Shown: positions 7,909 to 16,116, counted from the first letter of the stretch. The stretch is 64,000 nt of DNA from Candidatus Parcubacteria bacterium (GCA_026395595.1 JAPLYL010000001.1:6174-70173); one strand, 5' to 3'. Notes: a model not told the origin generated them from the sequence alone. Program-made: numbers and translations.

Positions 7909-8244
7909 TTACCCACCAAGCTGACCGATAGTGTTTTTAACAATCGTTGCTACAATGATGGCGGACAATATGACTATGGCTCCGATAAAGCTTCCGACGA
8001 GCCACCCTCTCGCTATTTTTAACTTCCCAGGGTCGCCGCTTGCGGATACAAACAGATATCCGGTCCAAATAAAGGCGAGCGTAATAACGGGGATGCTGAT
8101 TCGTATCACGATATTCAACATCGCGGTTACGAATTCAAACAGCGTCCCCACTGCAGGCGTCGGAGAGGTAAGTTTGGTTACTCCTTGTGCAAAAGATACG
8201 AGGGGTAACAAATAAAGCGCGGTGATGTAAAAAAACTTTCTCAT
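7909..8244 (-). CDS. VirB2/TrbC-like small membrane protein, paralog 6.
   Basis: 111 aa. Signal peptide, then FIWTGYLFVSASGDPGKLKIARGWLVGSFIGAIVILSAIIVATIVKNTIGQLGG. Confidence 0.5.
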   Translation of the reverse strand: MRKFFYITALYLLPLVSFAQGVTKLTSPTPAVGTLFEFVTAMLNIVIRISIPVITLAFIWTGYLFVSASGDPGKLKIARGWLVGSFIGAIVILSAIIVATIVKNTIGQLGG

Positions 8245-8251
8245 ACATAGT

Positions 8252-9556
8252 TTATTGCGTTAAAACGCTAAAATCGGCTTGCAGTTTCCCTACCGCATCA
8301 ACGACCGTTGATTTTCCTGAGGAAATGGATTCAACGGTTTGTTGAAAGAGTCCATCAGTGAGTTCCGGACGAAGATCAAACCACGTTTTGCTTATCAGAG
8401 CGGAATCATAAAAGACTTTCATAAAAGGATTAGCGGTTCCTTTTGCTAAAACAGAGCGATTAGGGGATGGGGTTGCCAAGGTAGAAGAAATATACTCGCT
8501 GTATTTTGAAGAAGAAAAGATTTGCGCCGTATACAGAGCCAACGATTTGTTCGGCGAGGTCTTCATGGTTGCCAATCCGCTCACTCTTCCAAAAGCAGAC
8601 CTATTGGCGGAATCGCGCACTTGAGGAACCAAAGCAACATCAAAATTCAAATTCGGGTTTTTTGCCTGAATGGAAGAAATTTCGCTCGCGTAACCGAAAT
8701 ATATCGCCAGCTTCCCCGCTATAAATAAATTCTTTGATTCCGGTAATGAACGATTCCATGAATACGCCATATTGAGAGGGTCTGCAAAATCAGTATAAAA
8801 ACGAAAAACTTCGCTTACTGGCGGAATCCTTTGTTCGTTTGAACCCATGAATACGGGAAGGAAGACGTTTCCCGTTCTGCGTACAACCATCGGGTTGCCG
8901 GTCTGGAGCATAAGCATAGCGAGAATATCTTTTGCATGCGTTACGTTGCGAAATTCTCCAAAGGCCACCGCACTCTGCGAAATCTCTTTTGACTCGCTCT
9001 TTTTGGTTAAGACGGGACTCAACGTAAGAAACTGATCCCAGTATTTCGGAGGTTCAACAATACCGCCACTCGTAAATATGTCTCTATTCCAATACATAAC
9101 CATCGGATCAACAGAAAAAGGCAAAGCAAGAATTCCCTCGCCCGGTTGAATAAATATCTCCCCTGCCTGTATAAACGTATCGCGGAAGGTTCTTTCGGTA
9201 TACATCGCCGGAGTAAAAAGTTCTATTTTGTCGGAAAAACGAACAATCAGATCATTCGGAAGAATAACCATATCCGGCCCCTTCCCTGCCGCCAACGCCT
9301 CAATGATGTTGCTGGCAAAAGTGGCTGAATTTTTGGGGACATAGGTAATGTGAATGTCCGAATAATCCGGTGAAAAATACTGTTGCAGAAACTTATCCAT
9401 GTTCGCTTTCGGCACGGTTCCCCACATCGTCAAATTTCCGGTAATTTTTGCCGTGCTTGATGCTCCTGGTTTCGGAATGATTCCCGCGAAGGAAAACAAA
9501 CCGAGAACAGCCAGGGCTCCAAATACAATAGTGATGATGAGCTGGATATTTTTCAT
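8252..9556 (-). CDS. Extracellular solute-binding protein (ABC-transporter substrate-binding, family 1-like).
   Basis: 434 aa. N-terminal TM/signal anchor MKNIQLIITIVFGALAVLGLFSFAG, with size and composition typical of sugar-type SBPs. It lies 7 nt downstream of pilin paralog 6. Confidence 0.5.
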   Translation of the reverse strand: MKNIQLIITIVFGALAVLGLFSFAGIIPKPGASSTAKITGNLTMWGTVPKANMDKFLQQYFSPDYSDIHITYVPKNSATFASNIIEALAAGKGPDMVILPNDLIVRFSDKIELFTPAMYTERTFRDTFIQAGEIFIQPGEGILALPFSVDPMVMYWNRDIFTSGGIVEPPKYWDQFLTLSPVLTKKSESKEISQSAVAFGEFRNVTHAKDILAMLMLQTGNPMVVRRTGNVFLPVFMGSNEQRIPPVSEVFRFYTDFADPLNMAYSWNRSLPESKNLFIAGKLAIYFGYASEISSIQAKNPNLNFDVALVPQVRDSANRSAFGRVSGLATMKTSPNKSLALYTAQIFSSSKYSEYISSTLATPSPNRSVLAKGTANPFMKVFYDSALISKTWFDLRPELTDGLFQQTVESISSGKSTVVDAVGKLQADFSVLTQ

Positions 9557-9570
9557 AGTATAAAAAGTTT

Positions 9571-9609
9571 TTACAAGGGCGTACCCTTTTACAAGGTACG
9601 CCCTTGTAA
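9571..9609. repeat. GC-rich palindromic element (15-bp perfect stem TTACAAGGGCGTACC / GGTACGCCCTTGTAA, 9-nt loop). Same family as the element inside uvrB.
   Basis: It shares the 13-mer ACAAGGGCGTACC and its complement with 22923-22963. It is intergenic, between the SBP start and the methyltransferase stop. Confidence 0.6.
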
Positions 9610-9613
9610 ATAA

Positions 9614-10180
9614 TTATGTTTTGTGACAAATAAGAATCATACCGTAATGATATTCTCCTGCGGGAGCTTCCTGAAGGAAAACAAAACCTTGTTCTTCAAA
9701 CATGGCGCGAGCAATATCTTGAGAAACGACGGTTTCTTCTTTCGGGCCGACATTACCGAAACTTCCCGCCCAATCAACAAGCAAAAGTTTTCCGCCATTC
9801 TTCAAAACGCGCTTTATTTCCAGAACAGCCGTGTGTTTATCTTCCGTTTGAAAAAGCGTATTGGCAAAGATAACCGCATCAAGCGAAGCCTCTTTTATTT
9901 TTGACCCGCCAATCTCTTCAATGTTTCCCCAAAGAATCTCAACGTTTTTGAGGTGCTCCGCATCTACTTTTTTTATAATCAAAGGAAGCAATTCTCTTTG
10001 TATTTCCACGGCATAAACTTTTCCACTGTGAACATATTTTGTCGCCGCAACGGTAAAAACGCCTGATCCCGCGCCAAAATCGGCAACGAGAGAGTCATCA
10101 AGCAACAAGAGAGGTTTTATCGTTTCTTCAGGATTGAGCATCATAAATACAGTATAGCAAAGATGCAAACTCCACGCCAA
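9614..10180 (-). CDS. Class I SAM-dependent methyltransferase.
   Basis: Motif I VADFGAGSGVFTV, plus post-I acidic and LLLVDW motifs. The true start may be the internal Met of MMLNPEE. Confidence 0.7.
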   Translation of the reverse strand: MAWSLHLCYTVFMMLNPEETIKPLLLLDDSLVADFGAGSGVFTVAATKYVHSGKVYAVEIQRELLPLIIKKVDAEHLKNVEILWGNIEEIGGSKIKEASLDAVIFANTLFQTEDKHTAVLEIKRVLKNGGKLLLVDWAGSFGNVGPKEETVVSQDIARAMFEEQGFVFLQEAPAGEYHYGMILICHKT

Positions 10181-10200
10181 GAATACTGTGGAAAGCTTGC

Positions 10201-10254
10201 CGGAGAATACACAGGACTACCCTGTGTACACAGGGTAGTCCTGTGTATTCTCCG
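10201..10254. repeat. Perfect 54-bp palindrome CGGAGAATACACAGGACTACCCTGTGTA|CACAGGGTAGTCCTGTGTATTCTCCG, built from nested TACACAGG/CCTGTGTA units around a central TGTACA.
   Basis: Exact reverse-complement symmetry read from the sequence. It lies between the methyltransferase start and the uvrC stop, with no flanking T-tract. Confidence 0.8.
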
Positions 10255-10411
10255 CCAGACGTGGGTGACCTAATTTTGACCTAAATTTTAATGACCGAAG
10301 GGAATATAAAATTGGAAATGCTCTTGTGGTAAAAGAAGCGAAGCGACTATTAAAATGAAAATACTCCTATAGTGCTCTGACCCCGGCGGCGGATCGAGTA
10401 AATGTTGAAAC

Positions 10412-11614
10412 CTACATCTTCCCTCTTAATTTTTTGTGATACGCAATCGCGAACCGATGGGCTTCGCTGTTGCCGAGGAGTATTTCTTTTTCGTGCAAAC
10501 GCGCGAGTTTCTGGTCTCCGATAATGTTACGCGGCCGATGATGTTCGTCTTTGACCACGCCGAGAACCGGGATGGTATAGCCATACTTTTCAAGCAACCG
10601 ATCCGCCACATTTTTCTGTGCCAAACCGCCGTCAACGATGATCATTTTCGGAAAAGGCCATTCAGAGTGTTCAAGACGGCGAGATAACATTTCGCCAAGA
10701 TTTTTAGTGTCATTTACTCCTTCTCCTTTTATTTTGAATTTCCGGTATTCGCTTTTCTTCGGTTCGCCATTTTCCACAACCGTCATCACTCCCACCATAA
10801 AAGCCCCGCTTATATGAGCCACATCATAACATTCTATCCTTATTTCACTTGGCGGTTTCACCGTCAAGTGATTATTGCGTTTTAATAAAGAAACATCTTG
10901 AATATGAGAAAGAGCGAAGATCGTTTTTTTCACTTCGTTTGCTTTTTCAAATTCTTCTTTAACGGCAAAAGTTTTCATTTCTCTTTCCAGTTTTCCGATA
11001 AGGCTTTTTTTCTTGCCTTGGAAAAAAAGCGCGATGTTTTTTATATTTTTCGCGTACTCTTTTTTAGATACGGCGCCGGAACAAACGCCTGGACACAGTC
11101 CGATTTGCGCATTAAAACAAGGTTTTCCAGAATTCGGGGTACAAGTATCACGAAAAGAGAAAATCTTTCGCACGATTTTCATCGCTTCTTTTAACTGCCC
11201 GCCGTGAATAAACGGCCCGAAAAAGTAGGCGTACTTTTCAGGTTCCAACACTCTTTCTCTTACGAGAAGAACCCTCGGGTATTCTTCTTTAGTAATAACC
11301 ACATAATTCCAAGTTTTATCGTCTTTGAGGTCGGTATTGTGCTTCGGCTGGTATTTTCTGATAAGTTCCGCTTCCAGAATAAGCGCTTCCAAAACGGAAT
11401 CAGTTTGTTCATAATCCACTTTTACTGCCAAATCCAGCATTTGTGCGATAATAGGTCCGCGAGTCGTCAAAATATCCTTGCTGAAATAGCTCCGAACGCG
11501 GTCGCGCAGAGACGTTGCTTTTCCGATATACAGAATAGTCCCGCGGGTATCCTTAAAAAAATACACGCCAGGTGTATCGGGTAATTTCTTGATCTGTTCC
11601 GTTAAGGTTGACAT
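10412..11614 (-). CDS. uvrC: Excinuclease ABC subunit C (short form, 400 aa).
   Basis: GIY-YIG motif (GVYFFKDTRGTILYIGKATSLRDRVRSYF), a UvrBC-interaction region and an RNase-H-like endonuclease region (IECYDVAHISGAFMVGVMTV). Start set at ATG 11614 (MSTLTEQIKKLPDTPGVYFF). Confidence 0.8.
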   Translation of the reverse strand: MSTLTEQIKKLPDTPGVYFFKDTRGTILYIGKATSLRDRVRSYFSKDILTTRGPIIAQMLDLAVKVDYEQTDSVLEALILEAELIRKYQPKHNTDLKDDKTWNYVVITKEEYPRVLLVRERVLEPEKYAYFFGPFIHGGQLKEAMKIVRKIFSFRDTCTPNSGKPCFNAQIGLCPGVCSGAVSKKEYAKNIKNIALFFQGKKKSLIGKLEREMKTFAVKEEFEKANEVKKTIFALSHIQDVSLLKRNNHLTVKPPSEIRIECYDVAHISGAFMVGVMTVVENGEPKKSEYRKFKIKGEGVNDTKNLGEMLSRRLEHSEWPFPKMIIVDGGLAQKNVADRLLEKYGYTIPVLGVVKDEHHRPRNIIGDQKLARLHEKEILLGNSEAHRFAIAYHKKLRGKM

Positions 11615-11681
11615 TTTAGTATTACCGTGATAGTATACAACCAGATTTGATTTTTTACAACCCCAACAAAAGAGAGACATC

Positions 11682-11960
11682 ATGTCAGTAGTAAACAAAA
11701 AACTTCGCCTTTCAAACGAAAAGGCAACAAAAGAAACCATTCATTATCTAAATGAAAAACTCAGAATTGCACACCTTGTCAACAAAGAAAAAACAAATGC
11801 CGTTGATAAGATAGTGTCAACACTTATAATTGCGATATTAAATGATCTGTTAGTTGGAATTCATGTCTTAACGAAAACACAAGAAGCGGATCATTACGAA
11901 ATCATCCACAATAATTATGTAAATGCGCTTGCCGCCGAATTCCCTGATTTAGTCTTGTAG
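11682..11960 (+). CDS. Hypothetical small protein (92 aa).
   Basis: ORF followed by a terminator at 11969-12004. Confidence 0.5.
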   Translation: MSVVNKKLRLSNEKATKETIHYLNEKLRIAHLVNKEKTNAVDKIVSTLIIAILNDLLVGIHVLTKTQEADHYEIIHNNYVNALAAEFPDLVL

Positions 11961-11968
11961 GAGACACG

Positions 11969-12004
11969 AGCCCGTTCTGCATTTTCGCAGAGCGGGCTTT
12001 TTTA
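11969..12004 (+). terminator. Rho-independent terminator (AGCCCGTTCTGC...GCAGAGCGGGCT + T6).
   Basis: A 12-bp stem followed by TTTTTT. Confidence 0.65.
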
Positions 12005-12061
12005 CATTGATAATTCTAGAACCTGAATCCGAAAACCCAATTTTTCCGCACAAAACCCAGT

Positions 12062-12140
12062 TCGTCATCCCGTGCAGGGACACGGGATCCACGTAAGAGG
12101 TGTTAACGACGTGGATACCGGGTCAAGCCCGGTATGACGA
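12062..12140 (+). repeat. E-element copy 1. Structured GC-rich element: closing helix TCGTCAT/ATGACGA enclosing three hairpins (CCCGTG/CACGGG; CCACG-16 nt-CGTGG; ACCGGG/CCCGGT) joined by AT dinucleotides. Candidate four-way-junction ncRNA or MITE core.
   Basis: Read directly from the sequence. The same architecture occurs at 15533-15603 and 60139-60215 with compensatory stem changes. Flanked by the imperfect inverted repeat TTCTAGAACCTGAATC (12014-12029) / GATTCACAGTCTAGAA (12154-12169). Confidence 0.6.
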
Positions 12141-12171
12141 CGGGTAGTTTTCAGATTCACAGTCTAGAAAC

Positions 12172-12200
12172 TTGACAAAAACTGTTAATTGTTATAAGAT
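12172..12200 (+). promoter_or_regulatory. Sigma-70-like promoter (TTGACA, 17-nt spacer, TAAGAT).
   Basis: Hexamer match and spacing, upstream of the ATG at 12256. Confidence 0.45.
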
Positions 12201-12255
12201 ATACACAGTAATACACTTTGTATCTTTACAACATTATTTTGAAAAGGAATTGCAC

Positions 12256-12627
12256 ATGAGGGGAGAAACCGGAATATACGATAATCCAACGGGGGTGTTG
12301 CTATTGACTCACCTGCCGTCTCCACAACCAAAAGTAAAAATAGACAAAGCAAAATTGCTCTATAGCGTCGCAATAATGCATAAAATGGCGATAGCTGATA
12401 AAGCAGAAAGAAAAAATGCAAAATATCTCGAACGTCAAGCGTTCAATCCAAGCGGAAAAGACACAGAAACCCGCTCGCAAATACAAATGATTGTGTCCAA
12501 CGATATCGTTTATTGGATAACCTCTTTGGAAGCAGCAAAAAAGGCCGCAAGAGAAGCCTGCGAAAAGGATCTCGGAAATTTGAAATATCTCAAGTTCCTC
12601 GCTGAACTTGAAGAAATAATCATCTGA
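12256..12627 (+). CDS. Hypothetical protein (123 aa from ATG 12256; the ORF-track start at 12172 is a TTG inside the promoter).
   Basis: ORF with an AGGA ribosome-binding site upstream. No family recognised. Confidence 0.5.
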   Translation: MRGETGIYDNPTGVLLLTHLPSPQPKVKIDKAKLLYSVAIMHKMAIADKAERKNAKYLERQAFNPSGKDTETRSQIQMIVSNDIVYWITSLEAAKKAAREACEKDLGNLKYLKFLAELEEIII

Positions 12628-12810
12628 ATAGTTCTAAATTTAAGTAAAACAAAAACTTTTAACCCTTTTCATTAACAAACAAACAAAGGCCCGATTATTT
12701 CGGGCCTTTTAATTTTATCTTATTAACAAAAAAGAATTAAGAAAAAAGCAACAAGCAAAATGAAGTCATCCTTTTTGCTTTTTTCTTATTGCTTTTTGCT
12801 TCAGCTAAAT

Positions 12811-13254
12811 CTAAAGTCCTTTGCAGTTCGCAGCAGGTGAGTACCCTGAGTTTTCAGCCTCTACTTTGGTATCAAACCAAATTCGGTTTTGTTTGGAAAT
12901 ACGGTTTGAGGAGGAACAGGTCGGGAGATAGTATTTTGTACCATTTTTTGAGGCGACATAGGTTCCTGAAGTTTTGACGGGTAAGGCTTTCGGTGTTGTG
13001 GTTGCAAAAATCCCCAAAAAGGCGCTCGCTTCCTGTCCTTTTGGAAATTCTATGTCTATATTTTTGTTTACGGTTTCCAGACCTGATAGTCTTCCCAGTC
13101 CAAAAGAGATAAGAGCCGTTAAAATCACAAGAATCGTCAAAAACGTGTTTTTTTCCAAAAGTCCATCAAAGTCCAAATACCCCTTGATTTTTTCCCGTAT
13201 TTCTTCTATACTCATAGTCACTGTATGGTAACACGTTTTTGATGGCGTTTCCAT
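12811..13254 (-). CDS. Membrane-anchored protein with a C-terminal Ada-like metal-binding domain.
   Basis: TM helix FLTILVILTALISFGL. C-terminus YVASKNGTKYYLPTCSSSNRISKQNRIWFDTKVEAENSGYSPAANCKG fits the Ada_Zn_binding pattern (kYH.p.C...I...N...F.t..eAe..Gy.Pa..C). Confidence 0.45.
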   Translation of the reverse strand: METPSKTCYHTVTMSIEEIREKIKGYLDFDGLLEKNTFLTILVILTALISFGLGRLSGLETVNKNIDIEFPKGQEASAFLGIFATTTPKALPVKTSGTYVASKNGTKYYLPTCSSSNRISKQNRIWFDTKVEAENSGYSPAANCKGL

Positions 13255-13292
13255 GCCTTTATACCACTAATAATCCATTATAATACAATACC

Positions 13293-13631
13293 ATGGCACA
13301 TAAGAAAGCAGGCGGATCCGCAAAGAACCTTACGGATTCAAAACCAAAGTACCTCGGAACGAAGCTCTACGCCGGACAGAAAGCGCAGGCTGGTTCCATT
13401 ATCGTTAGACAAAGAGGAACGGTCATCATGCCGGGAAAAAATGTCGGACTCGGAAGAGACCACACTCTTTACGCTCTCAAAGCAGGAGTAGTGAGTTTCG
13501 GTTCAAAAAGAAAAACGAATTTCAACGGAAAAGTAGCCGTCAAGAAAATCGCTCATGTTACTCTGAAAGAAGAGAAGGTAGCAAAGACAGCAAAGAAAAC
13601 TCCAGTCAAAAAGACAGTGAAAACAAAGTAA
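13293..13631 (+). CDS. rpmA: 50S ribosomal protein L27 with a Lys-rich C-terminal extension.
   Basis: [29 protein letters not shown]...IVRQRGT...[19 protein letters not shown] matches the bL27 signature. Confidence 0.9.
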   Translation: MAHKKAGGSAKNLTDSKPKYLGTKLYAGQKAQAGSIIVRQRGTVIMPGKNVGLGRDHTLYALKAGVVSFGSKRKTNFNGKVAVKKIAHVTLKEEKVAKTAKKTPVKKTVKTK

Positions 13632-13637
13632 TCTTAA

Positions 13638-13662
13638 AAAACACCCGAGCGGGTGTTTTTTC
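13638..13662. terminator. Rho-independent terminator (ACACCCG ag CGGGTGT + T6), bidirectional between rpmA and rplI.
   Basis: Stem-loop with a T-run on the plus strand and an A-run before it. Confidence 0.6.
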
Positions 13663-13701
13663 ATGCTTTTTTCTTTTTTCTTGTTGCTTTCCCTCTTCGT
13701 C

Positions 13702-14148
13702 TTATTCCCCTGCCTCAACCACCAATGTAAACTTCCCTTTCATGTCTCCGACTATCACAGGAATTCCATGTTCGCCGATTTCTTTGACCGGCTTTTCAAT
13801 ATCAAGGTATTCGGCGGGCATTTCAATGCCAGCTTGTTCTCTTAATTTCTCGGAAATTTCTTCTTTATGAATAGCGGCAAAGAGCTTTCCTTCTTCGTTT
13901 GCTTTGCCTTTTATAGTAATAACCGTTTCGCTAAGTGTTTTCATGCTTTTGTGAAGAAGAGCCTGATCTACCTTTTTCATTTCGGCTTCTGTGGTCTTAA
14001 ACTTTTCAACCATTTTTTCCGTATTTTTACCGGCTACTTCGGCAAGTTTCTTCGGAAACAGGAAGTTCTGCGCATATCCGTCGGAAACTTCTTTGACATC
14101 GTATTTTTTGCCCATTTTCGGGACATCTTTGAGAAAGAGAACTTTCAT
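13702..14148 (-). CDS. rplI: 50S ribosomal protein L9.
   Basis: [36 protein letters not shown] matches the bL9 N-terminal signature. Confidence 0.9.
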   Translation of the reverse strand: MKVLFLKDVPKMGKKYDVKEVSDGYAQNFLFPKKLAEVAGKNTEKMVEKFKTTEAEMKKVDQALLHKSMKTLSETVITIKGKANEEGKLFAAIHKEEISEKLREQAGIEMPAEYLDIEKPVKEIGEHGIPVIVGDMKGKFTLVVEAGE

Positions 14149-14213
14149 AGTGTTTTTTGATTATTTCTTAATGTCGTTTCATTCTACACAAAACCTCTTA
14201 AAAAGCAAAGAAA

Positions 14214-15446
14214 TTACTTCCAAGCGTTAAGGATGGAAACCGCCTTTTCCAGTTGACGATCTTTCTTGTTGTTGATATCTTCCTGCGTCACCTTCACTTC
14301 ATATTGAGGCATAATTCCTTTATCGGAAATGGAATTGCCGTTCGGTGTAAGCCACTGCGCTACCGTAACTTTCAAAAAGGTATTTCCGGGAAGCGGGACT
14401 AATTCTTGTACACACCCCTTGCCAAAAGTTTTACTTCCCACCAGTTTTGCTTTTCCGTGTTCGGAAAGCGCCCCGGCAAATATCTCCGAAGCAGAAGCGG
14501 ATCCTCCGTCTACGAGAATGACAAAGCGCAGATTATCGGTAAATATGTCATATCCGCGGCTACGGTGAGCCAATCCGGGCCCTTTATCGCCATAATCTTC
14601 TTTCACAATCAAAGAACCCGCAGGGAGAAACCAACTCGCCATATCAACAGCGGCATCCAAATAACCGCCGGGATTTCCACGAAGATCCAGCAAGAGTTTA
14701 TTGTGATTGGGATTATTATCAGCAAAAGCGACAAATTCACGCAAAGCATTACGGAAAAGCGTCGGGGAAGTCTCCGTGAAGCTAAAAAGTCGTATGACAA
14801 AGATACCGTCATCTCTCTCTTCGGTTTCAATGGTCGGAACTTCAATGTTCCCGCGAACAACAGAAACGACAATCGGTTCTTTTGCGTCTTCGCGAAGCAG
14901 TGTTAATTTTACCGTAGACCCTCCCTTTCCTCGGATAAGTTTTACCGCTTCTTCAGGACTCATTTCTGCCGAGACTTTGTCGTCTATTTTTAATATCTTA
15001 TCCCCGGGGAGAATGCCCGCTTTTTTAGCTGGAGAACCCTTTAAAGGAGAAACAACCGTTAAGACTTTTTGGCGCGTGCCAATCTCCATTCCAACTCCTT
15101 CAAAGCTTCCCGCGATATCTCCGGCAAAGACAGAAGCTTCACTCGGCGGCATGAAAAAAGTATAAGGGTCGTCATAGGAAGCAGCGAGTCCTTGAATAGC
15201 GCCGTAAACTTTTTGTTGATTGGTGGTTGAGGCGGAATATATATATTTCTCGTTCAAAATATCCCATGCCTGCCAAAAAGTGGAAAAATCCGCAAGTACC
15301 AAATTTTTCGGATCTTTATTAGACACCTCTGCTACTTTTCCTGCAGAAGGGCCAAGATGAAGTCCGATAAAAATCCCCAGAAAAACCGACGCTCCGACAG
15401 TAAGAAGCGCCGAAAGCGAAAAAATTATTTTTGTTTTGCGTGTCAT
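14214..15446 (-). CDS. Carboxyl-terminal processing protease (S41 family, PDZ domain).
   Basis: N-terminal TM anchor, a PDZ-like region, and the catalytic region LLLDLRGNPGGYLDAAVDMASWF typical of S41 Ctp/Prc. Confidence 0.85.
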   Translation of the reverse strand: MTRKTKIIFSLSALLTVGASVFLGIFIGLHLGPSAGKVAEVSNKDPKNLVLADFSTFWQAWDILNEKYIYSASTTNQQKVYGAIQGLAASYDDPYTFFMPPSEASVFAGDIAGSFEGVGMEIGTRQKVLTVVSPLKGSPAKKAGILPGDKILKIDDKVSAEMSPEEAVKLIRGKGGSTVKLTLLREDAKEPIVVSVVRGNIEVPTIETEERDDGIFVIRLFSFTETSPTLFRNALREFVAFADNNPNHNKLLLDLRGNPGGYLDAAVDMASWFLPAGSLIVKEDYGDKGPGLAHRSRGYDIFTDNLRFVILVDGGSASASEIFAGALSEHGKAKLVGSKTFGKGCVQELVPLPGNTFLKVTVAQWLTPNGNSISDKGIMPQYEVKVTQEDINNKKDRQLEKAVSILNAWK

Positions 15447-15532
15447 TGCAGTAAATTATCTCAAAAATATCGTTTCCGGTCAACCGAACTTCAGGGATAA
15501 CTTTCCGTCAAAAGCAACTGCTCACACCAATA

Positions 15533-15603
15533 TCGTCATTGCGGGCTTGACCCGCAATCCACGGCTAAACGACGTGGATTCTGATTTTCATCAGAATGAC
15601 GAC
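15533..15603 (+). repeat. E-element copy 3 (TCGTCAT | TGCGGG-CCCGCA | AT | CCACG-gctaaacga-CGTGG | AT | TCTGAT-ATCAGA | ATGACGA). It is flanked by an 11-bp inverted repeat and a direct repeat, a MITE-like signature.
   Basis: Inverted repeat GCAACTGCTCA (15514-15524) / TGAGCAGTTAC (15646-15656). Direct repeat CCGTCAAAA (15505-15513) / CCGTCAAAAAA (15656-15666). Confidence 0.6.
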
Positions 15604-15792
15604 GAACGAGTTATTGCGTTTTTTCCGGTTAAAAAATAAGTGGTATGAGCAGTTACCGTCAAAAAACTGGACAGAAATAAATTCACGTGATGCTGTTTGA
15701 ACAGCCATATTCCATGGCTCTTTGAAATCCACGGGTGGAAAGCGTGACGCTTTTCATCTTTCAATACGGCGTGACGCCGAGGGATAACACCA

Positions 15793-16116
15793 ATGAAAAC
15801 ACAGCTAGATATTATGCAAGAACAACAGCATCATGGTCACGGAACAGCGACAATGCCACAGACAAAGATTGATGCTTTTTTGGAGGAATTTCCGCTTGTT
15901 CGCCATTACTTAAAAGATGCTCCGATAAAACAAGTGTATGTTTCCAAAATTGAGCCGGCACTTCTTGGCTATTCCCCAAGATTAGTGAACATCGCTCCTT
16001 TTTGGAAAATCCGTCCCGATTGGCAAGAAGAGCAAATTATCTTTTTTGACGAAGGCGGAAACGCTCTCCATGAGATAAAACTGGGGGTTAAAAAGAGGGT
16101 TCACTTAAATGTATGA
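15793..16116 (+). CDS. Hypothetical small protein (107 aa), first gene of an overlapping pair.
   Basis: ORF with an ATGA overlap to the next ORF. No family recognised. Confidence 0.5.
   Translation: MKTQLDIMQEQQHHGHGTATMPQTKIDAFLEEFPLVRHYLKDAPIKQVYVSKIEPALLGYSPRLVNIAPFWKIRPDWQEEQIIFFDEGGNALHEIKLGVKKRVHLNV

Noticed and set aside
12062-12140. E-elements considered as tRNA or tRNA-like genes (four-way junction, ~75-80 nt).
   Set aside because: They have no T-loop (GTTCRANYC) or D-loop consensus and no anticodon-arm geometry. The arms are perfect 5-6-bp hairpins with GC-rich stems, and the architecture is strand-symmetric, unlike tRNA.
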